Under the pieces are notes generated by a model. It searched no databases. It worked only from the letters and a program-made list of their open reading frames with translations, and had not been told where the DNA came from. Shown piece by piece: positions 1 through 10,396 of a stretch of 64,000 bases of DNA. A program made the position numbers and the translations under genes. The DNA lies in contig CAKQDU010000001.1 in NCBI GenBank assembly GCA_934229625.1, forward strand, positions 83,078 through 147,077. Reading direction: 5' to 3'. The number at the start of each line of letters is the position of its first letter. Within the stretch, counting starts at the first letter, position 1. This DNA is from an uncultured Alphaproteobacteria bacterium (lineage in GTDB: Bacteria > Pseudomonadota > Alphaproteobacteria > RF32 > CAG-239).

Positions 1-286
1 GCGTCAGCAAAAAGAGCAGATGGCAGCAATAAAGCAATATTGGAAGTCTGTGCAGCCAGAACTCAAAAGCTTTAGCCATAGTTCTGATGACGCGGTTAAA
101 AAAACTGCAGGTATGAAAATTTTGGAAATATCTGAAGAAAACTTTTCTTTGGACTATCTGAAACAGCAATACCGCCATGTTTTAACCGATTATGTGCAGC
201 CTTTGCAAGAAAGTGAGACAGATAAGGCAAAAAAAGAAAAAGTGCTGGAGGCTGTCTTTCAGGAATTGTACGGTTGGGCAATTTAG
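1..286 (+). CDS. hypothetical protein, 5'-truncated at window edge
   Basis: Open frame runs from the window start with no stop, through the listed ORF 20-286. No recognisable domain; faint J-domain-like YRHVLTDY segment but no HPD motif. Confidence 0.35.
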   Translation, partial: RQQKEQMAAIKQYWKSVQPELKSFSHSSDDAVKKTAGMKILEISEENFSLDYLKQQYRHVLTDYVQPLQESETDKAKKEKVLEAVFQELYGWAI

Positions 287-355
287 TTTTTGATGATACA
301 GCCGTATTGTTAAAAATTGAAAATGTTAATTCACTAAATGTTGTATTAAATTTTA

Positions 356-781
356 TTGACTATGAATATTGTAATTTTTATTGTATCTGCACTGGCAACA
401 TTAGCCTTGTGTATAGTTATTGTCAAATGTTTCGGCATAAGTCTTTTTGTTAAGTCAAGAGCTGAAGATTATATAAGTAATGTTTATACTATGATTGAAA
501 ATGAGAAGAATGGTTATCTTTATAAAAAAAGTGACTGTCCGCAGGATATAAAAAGTCAATATAAACATCTTATTGGGCATTGTAAATTTGAATATCTTTA
601 CGAAGATGCAAAAAAACTCTTGCATATTGGCAGTAGTTATTCGTTAGACGAACTGAACAAAAAGTGTAACAAACTCGGCAAACAGTATATGCCATCGCCG
701 GACTATACAGACAGTAAAAATATAGAGCTGCTGGATGAGCTGTGGAAATTATTTCAAGCCAAATATATATTATGGTCTTAG
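356..781 (+). CDS. hypothetical membrane-anchored protein
   Basis: 141-aa ORF with an N-terminal hydrophobic helix, followed by a terminator hairpin at 827-868. No recognisable family. Confidence 0.4.
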   Translation: MTMNIVIFIVSALATLALCIVIVKCFGISLFVKSRAEDYISNVYTMIENEKNGYLYKKSDCPQDIKSQYKHLIGHCKFEYLYEDAKKLLHIGSSYSLDELNKKCNKLGKQYMPSPDYTDSKNIELLDELWKLFQAKYILWS

Positions 782-878
782 TAGTATACTGTTCATATAA
801 TGTTGTAATCATATAATGTTGTAAACAAAAAAACTGCGGAAGTGACTATGCTTCTGTGGTTTTTTTTATGTAAATAAC

Positions 879-930
879 TTGACAAAAAACAAAATATCGC
901 TAAACTAAACGCATAATTTTATTTTTATGT
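879..930 (+). promoter_or_regulatory. conserved promoter-leader cassette (TTGACA 879-884, N16, TAAACT 901-906, leader CGCATAATTTTATTTTTATGT)
   Basis: Near-identical cassette recurs at 23250, 25299 and 26600. It drives ORF 951-1298. Confidence 0.55.
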
Positions 931-950
931 ATTCTTAATTTTTTTACAAG

Positions 951-1298
951 ATGTATAATTGTTATTTTAGATTGTTGGTCACAATTTTATTTTGTGTTTC
1001 AATTGTTTTATTGCCATTCAGTTCGAAAAGTGACATGCTCACAATGTTCTTTATCTTTTTGTTATTAGCATTTATGAGAATGCTGATGTCTTTTTATCTT
1101 CTTTTGAAGTGTAAATTGGAAGAAGAAAAGATATGGCAAAAAGCTTATAGTCCAGCTGAAATTGAAGCTGAATTGAATAGTAAAAAAGGACTTGGTTTGA
1201 TTTTATGCTGTGGCGTTCTGGTGCTGATTTTGGCTTTGATAGTTAATTGGAATGAAATTTTCAGAAATTTTTATGATTATGTGAGGTCTTTTTTTTAA
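951..1298 (+). CDS. hypothetical small membrane protein (2-3 TM)
   Basis: 115-aa ORF downstream of the conserved promoter-leader cassette. Hydrophobic segments flank a charged central loop. Confidence 0.45.
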   Translation: MYNCYFRLLVTILFCVSIVLLPFSSKSDMLTMFFIFLLLAFMRMLMSFYLLLKCKLEEEKIWQKAYSPAEIEAELNSKKGLGLILCCGVLVLILALIVNWNEIFRNFYDYVRSFF

Positions 1299-1387
1299 TT
1301 GAAACTCAAATCATTTAATTTGAAATTTATTGTCTATAAAGAACATTGGCGTTTTTATGTCGCCAATGTTTTTTTTGATTACTGTTT

Positions 1388-1657
1388 TTGCGGTTGTTTC
1401 AGTTAGTGAGCTGGAAAATTTTTGCCGCATTTTTGATTGTAATGTTTTGGGTTTTAATCAATGCCTTTTTACAGTTAGGTCTTAGCTATGTGTGGTATAA
1501 CAAACGCATAGAGCAAATGGCTGCCGGAAGTACAGTAAAATGCCGCAATGAATCCGACTTGGAAGATGAACTAGGTTCATCCGCCGCTTTGTTGAGCTAT
1601 ACAGTTACAACGCTTATAGGCAGGGCAGTGCTTGTATACATTTTCTTTTGTATGTAG
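1388..1657 (+). CDS. hypothetical small membrane protein
   Basis: 89-aa ORF, hydrophobic, followed by a hairpin terminator at 1664-1702. Weak evidence. Confidence 0.25.
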   Translation: MRLFQLVSWKIFAAFLIVMFWVLINAFLQLGLSYVWYNKRIEQMAAGSTVKCRNESDLEDELGSSAALLSYTVTTLIGRAVLVYIFFCM

Positions 1658-1663
1658 ACTGAT

Positions 1664-1702
1664 AAAAAAACTGTAAAATCATTAAGACTTCACAGTTTTT
1701 TG
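1664..1702 (+). terminator. intrinsic terminator of the recurring ACTGTnAAnTC...GACTTCACAG plus T-run family
   Basis: Imperfect hairpin ctgtaaaatc / gacttcacag followed by TTTTTT. Relatives at 25255, 26555 and 27162. Confidence 0.5.
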
Positions 1703-1728
1703 TGTAACAAAGCTTTTTTTTGATTAAG

Positions 1729-2196
1729 TTAATCTATATTACCAAGCAGGCGGTTTTTAACCATATCACCAACTTTTATATTGTTAGCTTTAACCTGACC
1801 AGCGTTTAGTTCCAGCACAGCGCGTGGGCGTTTCGGAGGATAAATTCCGGTTGTAGAAAACGGTTCGGCGTTTTCGTAGATATAGAAAATTTCTCCGTTT
1901 TCATCCAAAAACAACATATCCAGAGAAATAATTGTATCTTTCATCCACATGGCAACTTGCATATCCTGCGGAACAATTGTCACATCTAAAATCATTCCTG
2001 CGTTTTCGGACATAGAGCTGCGTCCCATTAAACCATGATACAAAGTCTCTTTTGTGTCAGCCACCTCAACATCATATTCATATTGTTTTTCGCCGGATTG
2101 AATAATCAATTTTTCTGTGGTGTTGTCCTTTTTTTCTGAGCAGGCAGAAAACAAAACTAAAGCCGAAAAAGCCATAACTTTTAATAACTTAAACAT
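1729..2196 (-). CDS. DUF192 (COG1430) periplasmic protein with lipoprotein-like signal peptide
   Basis: 155 aa. LFSACSEKK lipobox-like N-terminus. DMLFLDENGEI, PKRPRAVLELNAG and GDMV segments are typical of DUF192. Confidence 0.55.
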   Translation of the reverse strand: MFKLLKVMAFSALVLFSACSEKKDNTTEKLIIQSGEKQYEYDVEVADTKETLYHGLMGRSSMSENAGMILDVTIVPQDMQVAMWMKDTIISLDMLFLDENGEIFYIYENAEPFSTTGIYPPKRPRAVLELNAGQVKANNIKVGDMVKNRLLGNID

Positions 2197-2347
2197 AATC
2201 GCTCCTTAGTCAGTATTAAACATTACTATACAGTATAAAGAAATTTTTTGCTAAATTCAATGATAAAATTTGTTATAAAATAAATTTTTAAGCTTGCCAG
2301 AAAAGCTGATTTTTATTAAAATGCCCTAAATTAACAGAGGTGGAGAT

Positions 2348-2848
2348 ATGAATATGAAAACTCTTGGAACGCTGTTTTTATCAATTTTGGTGTTATCCGG
2401 TTGCGCAGATTTGCTTAACGGACGTTTTTGCGCTTATTCTCAGACAAAAATCAGTCCGATAGTGCATACCAGAAAAATGCCGAAAATCAACCGGCTTGCC
2501 GCTGTCATTTATTTTGCCGATGGCAGTTCGAAATTAACATCTGACGAAAAGAAAATTATAGCGGAAATTGCGCAAAAGGCTAAAAAACTGAATGCTGATT
2601 TAAAAGTTATAGGTCATGCATCATCTCATACCAGACCAACTACATTGGTTGAGCATACCATGATAAATTTAGGAATTTCAGGCCGCCGCGCCGAAGCTGT
2701 GGTAAGAAGTCTGGCGCAATCCGGTGTACCTCTGCATAAAATGCGTTATGAGGCATTGTCCGACAGCAGACCGGCTGTGCCGGAAATAAACGCTAAAGCT
2801 GCGGCAATGAATCGTCGTGTCGAAATTTTTTACATTTATCAGGAATAA
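2348..2848 (+). CDS. OmpA-family (Pal-like) lipoprotein
   Basis: Signal peptide with LSGC lipobox. C-terminal OmpA-like domain (GHASSHTRPTT...LGISGRRAEAVV...NRRVEIF). RBS GAGGTGGAG. Confidence 0.7.
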   Translation: MNMKTLGTLFLSILVLSGCADLLNGRFCAYSQTKISPIVHTRKMPKINRLAAVIYFADGSSKLTSDEKKIIAEIAQKAKKLNADLKVIGHASSHTRPTTLVEHTMINLGISGRRAEAVVRSLAQSGVPLHKMRYEALSDSRPAVPEINAKAAAMNRRVEIFYIYQE

Positions 2849-2857
2849 AAATTTTAA

Positions 2858-4618
2858 ATGGATAATCAAAAAATATCTTTAGGAGGCAATATTTGGAAAT
2901 TAGCGGCGGCTGATGACGGTTTGGTCGAAAGAATGTCGTTGTCATATAATCTGCCTGCTGTTTTGGCTCGTTTGCTTTGTGTGCGTAAAATATCATTTGA
3001 TGAAGTGAATGATTTCATCAACCCTAAACTACAAAATCTGATGCCGGACCCCTATGTTCTGAAAGATATGCAAAAGGCAGTCGAGCGCGTGGCTCTCGCT
3101 GTTGAAAATAATGAAAAAATTGCGATTATCGGCGATTATGATGTTGACGGCGCCACTTCTACTTCTGAGTTGGTTCGCTTTTTTAGAGCCGTCGGAATAA
3201 ATCCTCAAGTTCATATTCCGAGCCGCGAAGAAGGATATGGTCCGAGCGATTTGGCTTTCGGCGAGTTTGAACGGGAAGGCGCGAAACTCGTTATCACAAT
3301 AGATTGCGGAACAACGGCGTTTGATGTATTGAATCGGGCGGCGCAGAAAGGCTTTGAAATTATAGTTATAGACCATCATGAAGCAGAGGCAAAATTACCA
3401 GATGTTTATGCGGTCATAAATCCAAAACGTTTGGATGAAGATAATCAATATCCATATTTGTCATATATGTCAGCTGTCGGTGTCGGTTTTATGTTTTTGG
3501 TGGCCTTAAACAGAAAATTGCGCGATAGCGGATTTTATAAAAATTCTCCGTCTCCTGAACTGAAAAATCTGTTGGATTTGGTGGCGTTGGGAACCGTGTG
3601 CGATGTTGTGCCTCTGTTGGGATTAAATCGAGCCTATGTTCGACAGGGCTTAAAAATTATGGCTCAGCAAAATAATTTGGGGTTAAAAAGCCTTCTCAAA
3701 TCTGTTCAGACAGATAGCATGCCGACAGCATATCACTTAGGTTTTGTCTTGGGACCGCGTATAAACGCATGTGGCAGAGTAGGCGATGCGTCTTTGGGTA
3801 GCCGTTTGCTTTGCACCGAAAATGAGGCAGAGGCGCAAATGCTGGCCGAAAAATTCAATACGCTTAACGCCGAGCGAAAAGATATTGAAAACTATGTGCT
3901 ATTGAAGGCTATAGAACAAATCGAAGGACAGGTGCAGGAATATCCCATAGCTTTTGCCTATGGCGATGATTGGCATCAGGGGGTGATTGGCATAGTCGCC
4001 GGAAAGCTTAAAGAACGCTATAATGTGCCGTCATTTGTGATGTCAGTTGAACCAGATGAAGTTAAAGGTTCTGCGCGTTCTATAGAGGGAATTGATTTAG
4101 GAGCCTTGATTATTGCCGCCAAAGAAAAAGGTGTGATAACCGGCGGCGGCGGTCATATTATGGCGGCAGGTTTTTCTTTGACAAAAGAACAAATACCGGC
4201 ATTTAAAAAATTTGTTGGCGAATATGTTGAAGAACATTTGGGAAAAGAAAAAATTGCTCCGGTCTTAAATGTTGATTTAGCAATCGCTTTAAGCGGTGTC
4301 ACAGAGAACTTTGCCGACAGTTTGTCAATGCTTGAGCCTTATGGGGCAGGCAATCCCGAACCTCTGATAATGATAAAAAATGTAAACATAAATCGGCCTA
4401 AACCCGTAGGCAGCGGACATATAAGCTGCTTTTTAGGCTCTCCGTACGGCGGAAGTTTGAAGGCCATAGCCTTTAGAGTTGCGGATAATGACATAGGTAA
4501 TGCGATGCTGAATAACAATGCCGAGATGTTTGATGTGGTCGGACAAATAAAAACTGATATATGGCAGGGACGAAAAAAAATTCAGATGATTATCAATGAT
4601 ATTAGAAGAGTGGAATAA
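2858..4618 (+). CDS. recJ: single-stranded-DNA-specific exonuclease RecJ
   Basis: 586 aa. DHH motif IAIIGDYDVDGATSTS, DHHA1 GGGGHIMAAGF, and the RecJ C-terminal OB region. Confidence 0.9.
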   Translation: MDNQKISLGGNIWKLAAADDGLVERMSLSYNLPAVLARLLCVRKISFDEVNDFINPKLQNLMPDPYVLKDMQKAVERVALAVENNEKIAIIGDYDVDGATSTSELVRFFRAVGINPQVHIPSREEGYGPSDLAFGEFEREGAKLVITIDCGTTAFDVLNRAAQKGFEIIVIDHHEAEAKLPDVYAVINPKRLDEDNQYPYLSYMSAVGVGFMFLVALNRKLRDSGFYKNSPSPELKNLLDLVALGTVCDVVPLLGLNRAYVRQGLKIMAQQNNLGLKSLLKSVQTDSMPTAYHLGFVLGPRINACGRVGDASLGSRLLCTENEAEAQMLAEKFNTLNAERKDIENYVLLKAIEQIEGQVQEYPIAFAYGDDWHQGVIGIVAGKLKERYNVPSFVMSVEPDEVKGSARSIEGIDLGALIIAAKEKGVITGGGGHIMAAGFSLTKEQIPAFKKFVGEYVEEHLGKEKIAPVLNVDLAIALSGVTENFADSLSMLEPYGAGNPEPLIMIKNVNINRPKPVGSGHISCFLGSPYGGSLKAIAFRVADNDIGNAMLNNNAEMFDVVGQIKTDIWQGRKKIQMIINDIRRVE

Positions 4619-5283
4619 TGAAAGAAAAAAAAATAGAAGAAGCATCAAAAAAAGTCGGCAGTAAAATTAAAAGTTATTTTTTTACCGGCATTGTCGTAAC
4701 AGCTCCGGTTGCCATTACTGTTTATATGTCTTATCATCTGCTGATATGGATAAACAATGTCACAAGCCGCTTGGTTCCCCAGCAATGGTCAATCGGCGAT
4801 TTTGTGCCGTACGCGGTTCCGGGTGCGGGTTTAATTTTACTGATTTTTTCTATGATTGTTATCGGTATGCTTACAACCGGTTATGTCGGTAAGTTTTTTG
4901 TGCGTCTATGGGAAGCTTTGGTGCAGAAAATGCCTATAGTATCCAGTATTTATTCACTTATGAAACAAATTTTTGAAACATTTTTATCTCAAAAAACACG
5001 CTCGTTCAGTAAAGTTGTTTTGGTAGAATATCCGCGCAGAGGGCTATGGACAATTGCCTTTGTCAGTAAAGATGAAACCGGCGGAGAAGTCGATGAAAAG
5101 ATAAAAAGTAAAACACTCAGCATTTTTGTACCGACAACACCGAACCCTACTTCCGGATTTTTGATTTTTGTCCCTGAAAATGATGTGATTAAGTTGGATA
5201 TGAGTGTTGAAGACGGCATAAAATATGTGATATCTTGCGGTATTGTCACACCAACAGAACTAAAGAATAAGGTGAAAAAATAA
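4618..5283 (+). CDS. DUF502-family membrane protein
   Basis: 221 aa. Two TM helices then MPIVSSIYSLMKQIFET...VVLVEYPRRGLWTIAFV, typical of DUF502. TAATG overlap with recJ. Confidence 0.6.
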   Translation: MKEKKIEEASKKVGSKIKSYFFTGIVVTAPVAITVYMSYHLLIWINNVTSRLVPQQWSIGDFVPYAVPGAGLILLIFSMIVIGMLTTGYVGKFFVRLWEALVQKMPIVSSIYSLMKQIFETFLSQKTRSFSKVVLVEYPRRGLWTIAFVSKDETGGEVDEKIKSKTLSIFVPTTPNPTSGFLIFVPENDVIKLDMSVEDGIKYVISCGIVTPTELKNKVKK

Positions 5284-5825
5284 TGAAAAAAATATTACTG
5301 TCAGCGTTGCTGTTTTTGAGCGTAAGACCGGCAGAAGCCGGAATGTTGACCGATTGGAAAGATTTTTTGGTCGAGGATATCAACACAATCAGATGTATTC
5401 ATAACTATGATATTTATCTGCCTTTTTATGCTTGGCATAACCGTTTGACTTATGATAAAAGCCATATAGATAAATATAATGAAAACGCATGGGGTTTTGG
5501 TTTGGGAATTTCTCGTACAAACAATGAGCAAACCTGGTCCGGACTATATGCTATGGGTTTTAAGGATTCTAACTCGTATTTGGAAACATACTTTGGTTAT
5601 GCTCGCCAATGGAACTGGACCGCGGGCGATGAAAATCAATGGCGAGCCGGCATCGGCTACACATTGGGACTGACACAGCGTCACGAATATGCCTATATTC
5701 CTGTGCCTTTACCTCTGCCATTGTTTGGTGTCGGCTATCGCAATATTAATGTGCAGGCGGCTTATGTGCCTGGGATTAAAAATGACGGCAACGTATTATT
5801 CGTTTTCTCGCGTTTTAGTTTTTAG
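5283..5825 (+). CDS. pagP: lipid A palmitoyltransferase PagP-like outer-membrane beta-barrel
   Basis: Signal peptide. Strong collinear similarity to PagP as recalled from memory (YDKxxxDKYNExxWGFGLGISR...GLYAMGFKDS...YIPVPLPLPLFGVGY...YVPGIKNDGNVLFVFSRFSF). Confidence 0.75.
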   Translation: MKKILLSALLFLSVRPAEAGMLTDWKDFLVEDINTIRCIHNYDIYLPFYAWHNRLTYDKSHIDKYNENAWGFGLGISRTNNEQTWSGLYAMGFKDSNSYLETYFGYARQWNWTAGDENQWRAGIGYTLGLTQRHEYAYIPVPLPLPLFGVGYRNINVQAAYVPGIKNDGNVLFVFSRFSF

Positions 5826-5847
5826 TTGATTTTAAGGAGCAAAAAAT

Positions 5848-6693
5848 ATGGAACAAAAAGTGATTAAAGTCGGTAAAGTTGAGCTTGGTAATAAATTGCC
5901 GCTTGCGATTATTGCCGGTCCATGTCAAATAGAAAGCCGTGAACACGCTATTTTTATTGCTGGTAAAATGGTGGAGATTACCCAGAAATTAGGTGTTCCA
6001 TATATTTTCAAGGCTTCGTTTGATAAAGCTAACCGAACTTCAATAAACGGCGCCCGCGGTGTCGGGTTGGATGAGGGAATGCGTACATTTGAAGAAATCC
6101 GCAAGCTTTATCCTGATTTACCGATTTTAACGGATATACACGAGCGCGAGCAATGTCCTATTGTGGCAAAATATGTTGATATGCTGCAAATTCCGGCGTT
6201 TTTGTGCCGTCAGACCGATTTGGTGGTGGCTGCAGCTAAAACCGGTAAAGTGGTAAATATCAAAAAAGGACAGTTTTTGGCACCGTGGGATGTGAAAAAT
6301 ATTGTGAAAAAAGTTGAAGATTCCGGTAATTTTAATATTTGCGTAACAGAAAGAGGAACAAGTTTCGGATATAACACTTTAGTAACCGATATGCGAGCTT
6401 TTCCGCAAATTGCCAAAGATTGCGGCTATCCGCTGATTTTTGACGCAACTCACTCGGTTCAGCAGCCGGGAGGACTCGGCGGCTGCACCGGCGGTCAGCG
6501 AGAGTTTGCTCCGGTTTTGGCGCGTGCGGCTGTGGCGGTTGGCGTGGCGGCAGTATTTATCGAAACGCATGAAAATCCGGAAAAAGCTTTGTCTGACGGA
6601 CCAAACTCGATTTATCTTTCGGATATGGAAAGAGTTATTGGCGAGCTGATGGCGTTTGATAAGGTTAATAAATCTATCATTCACGAGTATTAA
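5848..6693 (+). CDS. kdsA: 3-deoxy-8-phosphooctulonate synthase
   Basis: 281 aa. AGPCQIES, QIPAFLCRQTDL and FDATHSVQQPGG motifs. RBS AAGGAG. Confidence 0.9.
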   Translation: MEQKVIKVGKVELGNKLPLAIIAGPCQIESREHAIFIAGKMVEITQKLGVPYIFKASFDKANRTSINGARGVGLDEGMRTFEEIRKLYPDLPILTDIHEREQCPIVAKYVDMLQIPAFLCRQTDLVVAAAKTGKVVNIKKGQFLAPWDVKNIVKKVEDSGNFNICVTERGTSFGYNTLVTDMRAFPQIAKDCGYPLIFDATHSVQQPGGLGGCTGGQREFAPVLARAAVAVGVAAVFIETHENPEKALSDGPNSIYLSDMERVIGELMAFDKVNKSIIHEY

Positions 6694-6699
6694 GCCAAA

Positions 6700-7434
6700 A
6701 TGCAGTTCAGCGGCGAGGGATATATAATAAAGCTGAAAAATCACGGCGAAAAGTCGATGATTGCAACTTTAGTATGCCCTGAACACGGGAAAATCGTTGG
6801 TTTTATAAACGGAGCGCACAGTAAACGCAATTTAGGAGTTTTTCAGCTCGGCAACTATATTTCTTTTAATGCCTACGCTCGGGTAGAAGAAAATATGCTG
6901 AGCCTGAAAGGTATTGAGCTGATGGAATCTCATACAGCTGATTTTATGCTTGATACAGATAAGATAGAAGCTTTGTCGTCGCTTTGTCGGCTATTAGATG
7001 TATGTGTTGCCGAAAATGATAATTTAGGACGTTTTTACAAAATAATAGAAGATTTTTTTAAACATATACATAAAGATAATTGGCTGGTATATTATTCATT
7101 TTTTGAATATTATCTGCTGGATTTTTTGGGTGTCGGGCTAGATGTGAGCGAATGCGCTGTAACAGGCAAGACTAATGATTTGTCGTACATCTCGCCCAAA
7201 ACCGGACGAGCGGTGTGCGCTGCTGTTGGTGAGCCGTATAAAGACAAACTCTATGCCTATCCGCACTATATTGTGGATAAAAACTATTGTCCTCAGCGCG
7301 CGGAAGTGGCCGATTTACTGAAAATGACCGGAGTTTTTTTAACAAAAAATTTTTTGTCTGGACATAACTTGCAATTACCGGAAAAACGTGCTAATTTGCT
7401 GAACGTTGTTAAAAAATATCAAATGAAAATGTAG
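6700..7434 (+). CDS. recO: DNA repair protein RecO
   Basis: 244 aa. N-terminal OB-fold pattern with GAHSKRN (compare RecO GARSKRS). Central CAVTG...C zinc-ribbon-like segment. Confidence 0.7.
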   Translation: MQFSGEGYIIKLKNHGEKSMIATLVCPEHGKIVGFINGAHSKRNLGVFQLGNYISFNAYARVEENMLSLKGIELMESHTADFMLDTDKIEALSSLCRLLDVCVAENDNLGRFYKIIEDFFKHIHKDNWLVYYSFFEYYLLDFLGVGLDVSECAVTGKTNDLSYISPKTGRAVCAAVGEPYKDKLYAYPHYIVDKNYCPQRAEVADLLKMTGVFLTKNFLSGHNLQLPEKRANLLNVVKKYQMKM

Positions 7435-7441
7435 GTGAAAA

Positions 7442-9661
7442 ATGGTTGAAGAAAATGCCAAAATAAAAGATGTGCAACTCGGCGAAGAATTGAGCAAACG
7501 TTATCTTTCGTATGCTATGTCAACCATTGTTTCACGTTCTCTGCCGGATGTGCGCGACGGTTTGAAACCTGTTCACCGCCGTTTGATGTATGCCATGCGT
7601 CAGCTGCATTTGGACCCAAAAAACGGTTTTAAAAAATGCGCACGCGTGGTCGGCGATGTTATCGGTAAATATCACCCGCACGGCGATACGGCGGTTTATG
7701 GCGCTATGGTGCGTTTGGCGCAAGATTTTTCGGTGCGCTATCCTTTGGTTGACGGGCAGGGTAACTTTGGTAATATTGACGGCGACGGCGCCGCTGCCAT
7801 GCGTTATACAGAGGCTCGTTTAACCGAATTTGCTATTGATTTGATGGACGGCTTAAACGATGATGCCGTTGATTTTATGGATACGTATGACGGCGAAGAC
7901 AGCGAGCCGGTTGTGATGCCGGCAATGGTGCCAAACTTGCTGTGCAACGGTTCTATGGGTATTGCCGTGGGGATGGCGACCAATATTCCGCCGCATAATC
8001 TGAGCGAAATCAGCGACGCTTTATTGTATTTGATTGAAAATCCTGATTGCGATGACGAACCGCTGGTACGCCGCCTAAAAGGTCCGGACTTTCCGACCGG
8101 AGGAGTGATTGTTGATTCTTTTGACACTATTTTGAATAACTATAAACAAGGCAAGGGAAGTTTTCGTATCCGCGCCAAGTGGACAACCGAAGATTTGGGA
8201 CACGGACAGTATCAAATTGTGGTAACAGAGATTCCGTATCAGGTGATAAAATCTAAACTGATAGAAAAAATCGCCGAATTACTTCTGAATAAAAAACTTC
8301 CGTTTTTAAGCGATGTACGCGATGAATCGGCGCAAGACGTGCGTATTGTGCTGGAGCCTAAAAACCGCACGGTGGACGCCGCCATGCTGATGGAGCAATT
8401 ATTCCGCCAAACCGATTTAGAAGCCAAGTTTAATATGAATATGAACGTGTTGGATTTGGATTGCGTGCCGAGAGTGATGAGTATAAAAGAAGTGCTGCAT
8501 GACTATCTGGTGCATCGCAACGCTGTTTTGCTGCGTAAAATTAAGTTCCGCTTGAGTAAAATCAATGCGCGTTTGGAAATTTTGGAAGGCTATTTAATTG
8601 CTTATTTGAATTTGGACGAGATTATCCGCATAATCCGCGAAGAAGACGAGCCGAAAAAAGTTATGATGGCGGAGTTTAAACTGACTGATAATCAGGCTGA
8701 AGCCATTTTGAATATGAAACTGCGTAACTTGCGCAAGCTTGATGAAGAACAGATTAACGCCGAACATTCCGATTTACTGGAAGAAAAAGCCAATCTGGAA
8801 ATATTGCATAATGATGAGGCGCAGCGCTGGAAGGCTATTGCCGAAGAAATTAAAAAAACTAAAGAAAAATACAGTAAAAAAACGGCATTGGGACGTCGCC
8901 GCACCGAATTTGCCGAAGCTCCGGCGGATATAGATGTTCCGGTGGAAGCGTTGATAGAAAAAGAACCGATTACGGTTATTTTGTCGCAAAAAGGCTGGAT
9001 ACGCTGCATAAAAGGTCATGCCGATTTGAACGATGAGTTTAAGTTTAAAGACGATGACGCGTTGCTCTATGCTTTGCATGCGCAGACTACGGATAAAATT
9101 GTGTTGCTGGATAACAAAGGCAAGTTCTTTAACATTGCCGCTAAAGATATTCCAAGCGGCCGCGGTTTTGGTCAGCCGGTGCGCCTGATGATAGATTTGG
9201 CAAACAATGACGATGTTGTGGCAATGTTTGTATATGAGGCTGGAACAAGCTATTTGATTGCTTCGGACAAAGGCTATGGCTTTATTGTTGATGAAAATCA
9301 TTTACTGGCGCAAACTCGTAACGGGCGTAAAATTATGAATGTCGCCGATGATGAAAATATGAAATTTTGCTTGCCGATGACCGGAGATTATGTGGCTGTT
9401 GTTGGTGAAAATCGTCGTTTACTGGTGTTTAAAGCCGAGGAAATCCCAACTATGGCGCGCGGTCACGGTGTGTTGCTGCAAAAGTATAAGGACGGCAATA
9501 TATCGGATATTCAAATTTTCAAAGGCGAGGACGGTTTCAGCTATAACCGCGCCGGAGGAGTCAGTACCGAAAAAGAGCTTATCGGCTGGCTGGGACACCG
9601 GGCGCAAATCGGTAAAGTCGTACCGTTCGGTTTCCCAAAGAACAACAAGTTTTTGAAATGA
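7442..9661 (+). CDS. parC: DNA topoisomerase IV subunit A
   Basis: 739 aa. Topo IIA A-subunit motifs ([30 protein letters not shown] active-site Tyr region). Length and lack of a GyrA box favour ParC. Confidence 0.85.
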   Translation: MVEENAKIKDVQLGEELSKRYLSYAMSTIVSRSLPDVRDGLKPVHRRLMYAMRQLHLDPKNGFKKCARVVGDVIGKYHPHGDTAVYGAMVRLAQDFSVRYPLVDGQGNFGNIDGDGAAAMRYTEARLTEFAIDLMDGLNDDAVDFMDTYDGEDSEPVVMPAMVPNLLCNGSMGIAVGMATNIPPHNLSEISDALLYLIENPDCDDEPLVRRLKGPDFPTGGVIVDSFDTILNNYKQGKGSFRIRAKWTTEDLGHGQYQIVVTEIPYQVIKSKLIEKIAELLLNKKLPFLSDVRDESAQDVRIVLEPKNRTVDAAMLMEQLFRQTDLEAKFNMNMNVLDLDCVPRVMSIKEVLHDYLVHRNAVLLRKIKFRLSKINARLEILEGYLIAYLNLDEIIRIIREEDEPKKVMMAEFKLTDNQAEAILNMKLRNLRKLDEEQINAEHSDLLEEKANLEILHNDEAQRWKAIAEEIKKTKEKYSKKTALGRRRTEFAEAPADIDVPVEALIEKEPITVILSQKGWIRCIKGHADLNDEFKFKDDDALLYALHAQTTDKIVLLDNKGKFFNIAAKDIPSGRGFGQPVRLMIDLANNDDVVAMFVYEAGTSYLIASDKGYGFIVDENHLLAQTRNGRKIMNVADDENMKFCLPMTGDYVAVVGENRRLLVFKAEEIPTMARGHGVLLQKYKDGNISDIQIFKGEDGFSYNRAGGVSTEKELIGWLGHRAQIGKVVPFGFPKNNKFLK

Positions 9662-9760
9662 AACAATAAATTTTATTCAGCCTGAATGTTTTTTAATGTA
9701 GATTAAATCTTGTTGTAAATTCCCCTTGTTGCTCTATAAAAAGCAATAAGGGGAAAAACG

Positions 9761-10396
9761 TCAAAATTCTAATGATATATTACAATACGCGTTGGAGCTT
9801 TCACAAATTTTACAAGCCTCGTGAATTTCTTCCAATGAGGCTTGGGCAACGCATTTTATTTTCTCGTTGCAATAACTATCGCCATAAAACCATATACTTC
9901 TTCCGGTACCCCAAGCTGATGTTCTAACCGCAAAAACGACAGAGTGTAAAGGTTGTCCGAGATTTTGAAAAATAGAAACACATAGTTTGCTTGAAAAAGC
10001 CGGTGAAAAAAAGGTATCTTTTTTTGAAACTCCTCCGATGTAAAAATTTATTACTAATCTGTTATTGCGAGAAAATATATCAATCAAATTATTTTGACCA
10101 TCTTTTAAACTTTTCCAACCTTCATCATTGATAATCCAAGTTTGCGGTACTAAATTTGCAGCTTGTACATAATCATAAACAGGAACCATAGTATTATCGG
10201 AACTGAGATATTTAAGGTCATTAAGGTGTTCAAGCAATCCATAAATTAAGTAACTGTATTCTTCAATGAGTTTATTGCTTTTATATTTTTCCATGGCTTT
10301 GGAGTAACCGGCAATCCCACCGACGCTTAGTACAGCGATTATAGCAAGTACGCCGAGCATTTCTATCATGGAACGGCCTATTTGATTATATTTCAT
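9761..10396 (-). CDS. type IVb-like prepilin paralog P1 (short leader MKYNQIG, then RSMIEMLGVLAII...)
   Basis: Class III signal peptide with Glu at +5 and hydrophobic alpha1 helix. Conserved EYSYLIYGLLEHL. C-terminal FYGDxxC...CxxC...C motif. RBS AAGGAAG. Confidence 0.7.
   Translation of the reverse strand: MKYNQIGRSMIEMLGVLAIIAVLSVGGIAGYSKAMEKYKSNKLIEEYSYLIYGLLEHLNDLKYLSSDNTMVPVYDYVQAANLVPQTWIINDEGWKSLKDGQNNLIDIFSRNNRLVINFYIGGVSKKDTFFSPAFSSKLCVSIFQNLGQPLHSVVFAVRTSAWGTGRSIWFYGDSYCNEKIKCVAQASLEEIHEACKICESSNAYCNISLEF

Noticed and set aside
8774-9301. 175-aa ORF on the minus strand inside parC, and its near-identical twin 10822-11208
   Set aside because: Antisense to the well-supported parC reading frame. 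The twin exists only because the parC 3' end is duplicated. No RBS or independent support.
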